Source: a virus (Duplodnaviria; Caudoviricetes). Taken from it: a DNA stretch of 64,000 nucleotides. A program made the translations under genes and the position numbers. The stretch is from positions 17,436 through 81,435 of the IMG/VR virus record IMGVR_UViG_3300042997_001039; one strand, given 5' to 3'. The notes beneath the pieces were generated by a model. It did not search any database. It was not told the origin of the DNA and was given only the letters and a program-made list of their open reading frames with translations. This document shows positions 58,427 through 64,000 of this stretch, piece after piece; position 1 is the first letter of the stretch, and each line of letters opens with the position of its first letter.

Positions 58427-60319
58427 ATGAGTCTAAGTTCAGTAATGTTAATTGCATCTGATGGTCTGTTGCAAAATCAAGGTTTTGTAATCAGCGGCAA
58501 TCTTACTATTGCCATTAATAGTTACAACAGCACAGATGCTGTTGGTGATTATCTTGGTATTTTGAGTTCGGCATTTGCCAATGTGGGAGTAGGCAATGAC
58601 CAGATTACTACCAACACATTCAGTTCGTTGCAAACGCTTGCTGCCAATACATTTCCTGCTATTACTGATGCAGTTCCAGCAGCTTATACCAGCACCCTGG
58701 TGATTGGCAACAGTACAGCAGGATTCTCAGGATTAGTATCCACCCAGGCCAACTTGATATTGGGTGACGGTGACATAAGCAAATTTGTTCAGACCTACGG
58801 CATTGTACAATCCTACATTGTGCAAAATAATCAATACATCAACACAGTCAAAAATTCAGAAATATTGGCACCCACTTTCAGCACCATGGATGCGTTGACC
58901 ACCGGCAGTCTTGGAGAAATAAATCGCAACTTACCAGTGTTTGGTGCAGACTTAACAAAGTTAGGAACAACATGGAGTTTTGCCAACCTTAGTTATTTTG
59001 GATACCCTTGGGTACTGTTACGCCAGGTAATTACATCCGCAGGAATACTGCCAGAATTAACAACTCGCCTCAACAACAACGGTGTCACACAGTCTGATAT
59101 ATCAAGCATTTTACAAGATAATGCCGCAGTCTCTCCCCAATTAGATGCTGCTATCTATAGAACCATGCAGGGTGTCACAGGAGATTTATTAGATCAAATT
59201 AAATTGTTGTTGGATGTGACTACTCCCAATCTAACTACCATGGCTGATCTGCTGAACCCGGTAAAGACATTGCCCAACAGTTATTTGGGTCTTACTGCAT
59301 TGTTGCCCACCGGTACTGAAGTAACTCCCACTGACAGTGTGTTGGCCAACGTATATCTGTCTGCCAACACAGTCAACAGCAATTTCTTGAGACTATTTGC
59401 AGCAGATCCTTTTTACCAGGATCTTGCGTTGGTAATTCCGCCTGACCAGGCCTTGGCCAACAAAGCCATTGCTTCAAGTTTAGGACAAGTAAAAAATATC
59501 TTGTCTTTAAGATTACCGGCATTAGCGGCAGCTGTAACTGCCACGGAAACCAATGCAGGCCTATCAGACATAACATCGCTAACTACACCTGTACCGGCCG
59601 GTGTGTCGTCGTCTTTAAATAACATATTGGCAACTGGTTCTGGGCCAAATGGAACACTGACCTTGTTTGATTTTATGGGTGCCACTGCTGGTGTCCCATA
59701 TACTGCTGAGTTTACTGCTGCTGCCAATACCATCAATACTATGCAAGCAGCCAACGCTCTGTATACATTAACTGATGATACCAATGGTGTTTATGTGGTC
59801 ATGCAAGATACCTTAAACGGTGATTACACTGTGATAATTAACCCTGGGCCGCCGGCCGAAGTCACAGTGACTATTCCCCCAGGACTGCCAGGAGCCGGAA
59901 CTTATCTCAGTTTAGATGAAGCATTCACAGTGGGTCTGCTACCGGCTGCTGCCAATCTCATTGCCAATATTGTGGCCAACAATACCAGTGAAGTAACCAG
60001 TCTCAACAGCAACTTCAACACCATGGCTCTACAACTCAATGCTGAAGTAAATAATTTAGCCGCTGCCCAGGTAGATTTTGGAGACCTAACAGCCAATTCC
60101 CGTAGCAGTTTGTTGAGCTTCGGTACCAGTTTACATCAAATTGGTGCAGATATTGAACCTGCTGGTAAATCCACAGCAGACTTTTTTACAGCCATTGCCG
60201 ACACCAGCAATATCTATGGACAGGCTATCCTGGCCAGCTTTAGAGAAGGACGTAATATTGATGTGCTAAATGCTGCCGGAATAGGATCAGATACACAGAT
60301 TCCTGGCACTGGTGCGTAA
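58427..60319 (+). CDS. Putative baseplate/structural protein
   Basis: 630 aa, Ala/Thr/Asn-rich, directly after PAAR. Confidence 0.5.
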   Translation: MSLSSVMLIASDGLLQNQGFVISGNLTIAINSYNSTDAVGDYLGILSSAFANVGVGNDQITTNTFSSLQTLAANTFPAITDAVPAAYTSTLVIGNSTAGFSGLVSTQANLILGDGDISKFVQTYGIVQSYIVQNNQYINTVKNSEILAPTFSTMDALTTGSLGEINRNLPVFGADLTKLGTTWSFANLSYFGYPWVLLRQVITSAGILPELTTRLNNNGVTQSDISSILQDNAAVSPQLDAAIYRTMQGVTGDLLDQIKLLLDVTTPNLTTMADLLNPVKTLPNSYLGLTALLPTGTEVTPTDSVLANVYLSANTVNSNFLRLFAADPFYQDLALVIPPDQALANKAIASSLGQVKNILSLRLPALAAAVTATETNAGLSDITSLTTPVPAGVSSSLNNILATGSGPNGTLTLFDFMGATAGVPYTAEFTAAANTINTMQAANALYTLTDDTNGVYVVMQDTLNGDYTVIINPGPPAEVTVTIPPGLPGAGTYLSLDEAFTVGLLPAAANLIANIVANNTSEVTSLNSNFNTMALQLNAEVNNLAAAQVDFGDLTANSRSSLLSFGTSLHQIGADIEPAGKSTADFFTAIADTSNIYGQAILASFREGRNIDVLNAAGIGSDTQIPGTGA

Positions 60320-60440
60320 TGTTGCTGAAAAACAACACTTTTCGGCCTTAGAAATAGGGCTTTTTTGTGACTATTTGGTAGACCAGAAACTACCCACGTG
60401 CTATACTGTTTTTACAGTAAACAAACAGGAGCGGAACATG
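60320..60440 (+). promoter_or_regulatory. Early cassette 4
   Basis: TGTTG-N8-CAACA 60320-60337; hairpin GCCTTA-gaaa-TAGGGC-T6; TAGACC 60379, 17 bp, TATACT 60402; AGGAG. Confidence 0.85.
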
Positions 60441-60698
60441 TCGTACATTGTATACCACATCAACAGCACAGTAAAGTTAAAAGAATTTGCAACTTCTGCT
60501 GGTGCCAAACGGTCGGCAACCGCAATGAATCGTAATGCAGGTGCTGTTGAATATGCTGTGGCCCACTTCACTTACTACGATACTTTTGTGGTAACCAAAA
60601 AGACTGTTAAAAACCTGATGACAGGGAAAGCAGTGGAAATCGATTCCAACACTCCTTGGTGCTGTAATCCGGCATCTGAATCGTATTGGAGCATGTGA
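60438..60698 (+). CDS. Early hypothetical protein
   Basis: AGGAG RBS; C-terminal TPWCCNPASESYWSM. Confidence 0.65.
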   Translation: MSYIVYHINSTVKLKEFATSAGAKRSATAMNRNAGAVEYAVAHFTYYDTFVVTKKTVKNLMTGKAVEIDSNTPWCCNPASESYWSM

Positions 60699-60699
60699 T

Positions 60700-60900
60700 A
60701 TGACATACCGAGTTTTCAAGCACAACCAAGAGTACGGCCCACGTCGGGGTTTGGAAGGTCCGTTCCACTACCCAAATGGACGAGTCCTGTACTATGACCC
60801 CAAGTGTGGTGAATACTGGGATCCACGCACGGATTTTTATGTGGAATCTGAAGATGTTGCTCGTTTACAACAGAGCATTTTTGATAGAATTTCGGCTTAA
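60700..60900 (+). CDS. Hypothetical protein
   Basis: 66 aa; GLEGPF...VLYYDPK.GEYWDP. Confidence 0.65.
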   Translation: MTYRVFKHNQEYGPRRGLEGPFHYPNGRVLYYDPKCGEYWDPRTDFYVESEDVARLQQSIFDRISA

Positions 60901-60932
60901 TTTTGGTAAATAATCTAAACAAGGAAAATTCC

Positions 60933-61238
60933 ATGAATCCATATCGTAAACTAATAAACCTGATTGAAAATGCTGGCGAAGCCATGTATATTGACACGGA
61001 CCGTACCAAGAGCGTCAGCTTGAACAGACTTCCTGAAGATGTTGCTGAACTCTTACGCAACAATCCTGACACTGTGGGATATTTTGAATTCGCAGACGAG
61101 GGTGACGAATGGTTCTCCCGAGCTACCCAGTATATGCCTTTTATTGAAGCTGCCCGAAAAGCCACAGAAGAGTATGCCCGTTCAAACGACACCCGATTCG
61201 CCCGTTTAGTTGTAACTCGTGTCCTAATCCAAGATTAA
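60933..61238 (+). CDS. Hypothetical late protein
   Basis: TAAATA at 60907 and AAGGA; MNPYRKLINLIEN. Confidence 0.55.
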   Translation: MNPYRKLINLIENAGEAMYIDTDRTKSVSLNRLPEDVAELLRNNPDTVGYFEFADEGDEWFSRATQYMPFIEAARKATEEYARSNDTRFARLVVTRVLIQD

Positions 61239-61242
61239 TTTT

Positions 61243-61339
61243 TGTTGCAAAATAACAACAAAAAAAGCGGCTTTTTGTTGACCAGAAACTCCTATTCGGG
61301 TATAATGTACTTACACTAACACCACAGGAGTTTATTATG
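61243..61339 (+). promoter_or_regulatory. Early cassette 5
   Basis: TGTTG-N8-CAACA 61243-61260; TTGACC 61278, 17 bp, TATAAT 61301. Confidence 0.85.
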
Positions 61340-61570
61340 TCTTACAACATTGACGCTTTTGTAAACAATAATGCACACAACTTTGCATTCTCTGCTGAGC
61401 CCAGCGAAGATGACATGTTTGACGTTTACCCTGACTTGTTTGTACAACAAAACAACATAGCGTATGACGTTTTAAACCAGCAAGCAGACCCGGTGTTTGT
61501 TTACGAGCTTAACCACGTGCCTGTTGCCTGGTACGACTGCGAAAACTTCTGCGGTTTTGTTGCAAAATAA
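61337..61570 (+). CDS. Early hypothetical protein
   Basis: 77 aa with AGGAG RBS. Confidence 0.6.
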   Translation: MSYNIDAFVNNNAHNFAFSAEPSEDDMFDVYPDLFVQQNNIAYDVLNQQADPVFVYELNHVPVAWYDCENFCGFVAK

Positions 61571-61665
61571 CAACAAAAAAGCCCCAAAAACGGGGCTTTT
61601 TTATTGACCAGAAACTCTATTTCGGCTATAATGTACTTACACTAACAAAACAGGAGCAGTAAATG
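61558..61665 (+). promoter_or_regulatory. Early cassette 6
   Basis: TGTTG-N8-CAACA 61558-61575; terminator AAAAAAGCCCC-aaaaac-GGGGCTTTTTT; TTGACC 61604, 17 bp, TATAAT 61627. Confidence 0.88.
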
Positions 61666-61929
61666 TCAACACTAACCGACTACTTAGATCAAAAGAATTC
61701 TTTTGCTAAAATCTTTGGTCGCCGGGCGTTGAGCCTGCAGAACGCTCAAGATCGCCAGGCCATTGCCAACATGATTGACAGTGAACTGAGCCCAGAAAAC
61801 TTGAGCTGTGATGGTGAACTGAGCCGTGGTCAAGTCAACGCTCGTTATCGTCAACTGACTTCAGCGGCCAAGCAACTCCTGAAGTTGGATCCCTCTGTCA
61901 AAATCTACGAACTGTATACTGGAGAATAA
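61663..61929 (+). CDS. Early hypothetical protein
   Basis: 88 aa; LSPENLSCDGE. Confidence 0.65.
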   Translation: MSTLTDYLDQKNSFAKIFGRRALSLQNAQDRQAIANMIDSELSPENLSCDGELSRGQVNARYRQLTSAAKQLLKLDPSVKIYELYTGE

Positions 61930-61930
61930 A

Positions 61931-62170
61931 ATGGTCGTAGAAAAAATTGAATTTAATGGTGTAACATACAATGCCCGCCACGGTGGCCCATTTGATCGCG
62001 GCTCGGCCGACAGTTATTACAGCCGTGGTGCCAAACCACACTACTATGTGGGCGGTACTTCCATGTCCCCCATTGTGACCGAAGAGGGCATGACTGCAGA
62101 AGAAGTCGCAGCCTACTATGCCGGTTATGATCACAATGAGCAGTCGGGTGATAAGAAATCATACGATTGA
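61931..62170 (+). CDS. Hypothetical protein
   Basis: 79 aa; RHGGPFDRGSADSYY. Confidence 0.65.
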   Translation: MVVEKIEFNGVTYNARHGGPFDRGSADSYYSRGAKPHYYVGGTSMSPIVTEEGMTAEEVAAYYAGYDHNEQSGDKKSYD

Positions 62171-62187
62171 ACCACAAGGAACAACAG

Positions 62188-62415
62188 ATGAATACTCCAG
62201 ATTATCAGATGTTTACTGACGCCGGCAACGAGGCGGTTGACGCTATTGTTCGCCGTGCCCGAATACTCAAATTGAGTTGGCCTCAGGTCCACCAAGAACT
62301 TCGCAGTCTGGCCGAACGTTTTCCCAAAGACTTCGGCGAAGCCACAGATACCGCTGTACGTGAATGTGTGTACGATGCCCTGACGTATTGTACTGATCCT
62401 TTCTACAGCACATAA
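62188..62415 (+). CDS. Hypothetical protein
   Basis: AAGGA RBS; MFTDAGN...GEATDTAVRE. Confidence 0.6.
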   Translation: MNTPDYQMFTDAGNEAVDAIVRRARILKLSWPQVHQELRSLAERFPKDFGEATDTAVRECVYDALTYCTDPFYST

Positions 62416-62420
62416 AACGG

Positions 62421-62487
62421 TTGACCAGAAACCCACCATTTGCTATAATAGTTATACAGTAAACAAACAGCCCAGGAGGGCACCATG
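62421..62487 (+). promoter_or_regulatory. Early promoter 7 (no palindrome)
   Basis: TTGACCAGAAA at 62421, 17 bp, TGc-TATAAT 62444; AGGAGG. Confidence 0.8.
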
Positions 62488-62877
62488 AAAAAGTCCGTAA
62501 TTTTAGCAGTAGCGGTTGCCGCACTTGCATTCAGTTCTGCGGCTTCGGCCCAAGGTTATAATCGTGGCTACAATCAGAACCAAGGCTACAATAACAGTGC
62601 TGCCTGGAACAGTGCCGCAATTGGTGCTGCCGGTATGATCACTGGTGCCATCATCTCGGGTGTGATGCAAAACAACGCCAACCAAAACGCCCAGCAGGTA
62701 TATGGCCAAGCATATGGTGGATACATGCCACCACCGGTGTATGCACCACCCGGGGCAGGATATGTACCAGCACCTGCTTACAGCCCTGGATGGCAACAGC
62801 GATGCAATAATGCACAGACTGTGCCGATAGTAAACGCATATGGACAAATAGTTAATTACACTATCATTTGTCGTTAA
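62485..62877 (+). CDS. Secreted Gly/Tyr/Pro-rich protein
   Basis: Signal peptide (ASA-Q), Gly-rich hydrophobic segment, YMPPPVYAPP. Confidence 0.65.
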   Translation: MKKSVILAVAVAALAFSSAASAQGYNRGYNQNQGYNNSAAWNSAAIGAAGMITGAIISGVMQNNANQNAQQVYGQAYGGYMPPPVYAPPGAGYVPAPAYSPGWQQRCNNAQTVPIVNAYGQIVNYTIICR

Positions 62878-62903
62878 ACAGTAGTAAACTGAGCTTAAAT
62901 AAC

Positions 62904-64000
62904 ATGACAACCATTCGCAACTCGCTCGACCCAGAATTTAATGGATTAAAATTGGCAGCAGATTGGATCCGAGATTTAGAGTCCAGTGATAGTCGTTTAC
63001 ATAAGGAAGCAGTGATTGAAAAAGCTCTTGTGGCTGCTCGATTAGGCAGTGCCAATGCACAATGTTTCCTTTACAACTGCTACCTGGCTTATAATCCTTT
63101 TTTTGTTTACAACGTACGACAGGTTCCTGAGACCCAAGATCTTGTGGATCAGCCTAATCCGTGGGTAAAGTTCTGGGCCTTGCTTGAGGCCCTACGTACC
63201 AGAAGCATCACAGGCCATCGTGCCAGAGATACCATTGCAGATCTCAGTAAAGAATTTGATTCGCTTGAATGGAACAACCTATGTCGCAGAGTCTTGATCA
63301 AAGACCTACGCTGTGGCATATCAGAAAAGACACTTAACAAGGTGTTGAAGAATACAGATTGGGTGATTCCTACATTCACTTGTCAGTTGGCACAAGACAG
63401 CAACGACCATCCGGCCAAACTAAAAGGTGCAAAACGTCTGGAAGTTAAACTGGACGGTGTGCGTGTGATTGCCATCTGCTATAAGGAAGGTGCTGTCAAC
63501 CTATTCAGCCGCAATGGCAAACCGTTTACCAATTTTCCGCACATTGAAGAACAACTGGGATCTATTGCACGTGAACTCAGTATTGCGGCATTTGGGCAGT
63601 TGGTTGACTTTGTGCTGGATGGTGAAATTATTGGTGAAAGCTTTCAGGCCTTGATGAAACAGGCACAACGCAAGACCAATGTTGATGCCAGCGACAGCAA
63701 GTACTTTGTGTTTGATGTCATGCCCAAGGCAGCCTTCTTCGAAGGATACCACAATGCACAGCAATACAAACGTATTGAAATGTTGCATACCATGTTCAAC
63801 AAGGTAGACGATTCGACCTTGGCACCGGATGTGCAAATCACTCCTGGCATTGTGGTTGATTTAGACACTGCGGAAGGGCACGATGTCATGCGTCGCTATG
63901 CAGAAGATGCTGTTGCCGACGGCTTCGAAGGCATTATGATCAAGACCCAGGACGCACCTTATGAGTGCAGACGTAGCAGCTTCTGGATGAAGTGGAAGCC
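62904..64000 (+). CDS. lig: ATP-dependent DNA ligase (3'-truncated; absent from ORF track)
   Basis: Open to the window end: EVKLDGVR, SRNGK, LDGEI, VFD, EGIMIK, RSSFWMKWK. Confidence 0.93.
   Translation, partial: MTTIRNSLDPEFNGLKLAADWIRDLESSDSRLHKEAVIEKALVAARLGSANAQCFLYNCYLAYNPFFVYNVRQVPETQDLVDQPNPWVKFWALLEALRTRSITGHRARDTIADLSKEFDSLEWNNLCRRVLIKDLRCGISEKTLNKVLKNTDWVIPTFTCQLAQDSNDHPAKLKGAKRLEVKLDGVRVIAICYKEGAVNLFSRNGKPFTNFPHIEEQLGSIARELSIAAFGQLVDFVLDGEIIGESFQALMKQAQRKTNVDASDSKYFVFDVMPKAAFFEGYHNAQQYKRIEMLHTMFNKVDDSTLAPDVQITPGIVVDLDTAEGHDVMRRYAEDAVADGFEGIMIKTQDAPYECRRSSFWMKWK

Noticed and set aside
17267-61575. TGTTG-N8-CAACA, or ACTGT-tttt-ACAGT at ~60405, as a LexA box
   Set aside because: Neither fits CTGT-N8-ACAG, GAAC-N4-GTTC or GTTC-N7-GTTC
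17284-61604. Helical phasing of the palindrome relative to the -35 box
   Set aside because: Distances of 2, 12, 17, 28, 41 and 51 nt are only partly in phase, too few to claim a periodicity
17267-62487. Promoter cassettes as a CRISPR-like or attC array
   Set aside because: Spacing follows gene lengths, the units contain -35/-10/RBS, and no integrase or cas gene is nearby
503-63889. Numerous 60-160 aa antisense or out-of-frame ORFs in the track
   Set aside because: They lie inside well-supported genes and lack RBS or recognisable motifs
1-64000. Stop-codon reassignment as in some large phages
   Set aside because: Standard-code ORFs are full length and tile the window
1-64000. tRNA/rRNA/riboswitch genes
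   Set aside because: Intergenic gaps are short and none showed a cloverleaf or T-loop signature by eye; tRNAscan/Infernal were not run

Overview
This window is part of a large T4-like (Tevenvirinae-related, uncultured freshwater-type) myophage genome, densely coding and read in the standard genetic code. Core genes: the terminase large subunit C-terminus, gp32 SSB, UvsX/UvsY/UvsW, primase, gp41 helicase, NrdA/NrdB/glutaredoxin, a PD-(D/E)XK exonuclease, a PAAR spike protein and an ATP-dependent DNA ligase that runs off the right end. Interleaved with them is a large envelope/glycan-chemistry complement: a ~10 kb island with five KpsS/KpsC-like paralogs, other glycosyltransferases and methyltransferases; five SGNH-like paralogs; several sulfotransferase-fold genes; and an APS kinase fused to an HxGH nucleotidyltransferase. 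A TctC/Bug binding protein, IscU/IscA, a radical SAM enzyme and 2OG oxygenases are also present. The most notable observations are: (1) a repeated regulatory cassette (TGTTG-N8-CAACA palindrome, optional terminator, sigma70 promoter, conserved leader) heading small early genes; (2) a 183-aa mini-DnaE retaining the catalytic motifs; (3) a late, possibly virion-packaged double nucleotidyltransferase; (4) a possible phage PAPS-dependent sulfation pathway. No tRNA, rRNA or CRISPR array was seen. All protein calls come from motif recognition by eye; no database searches were run.
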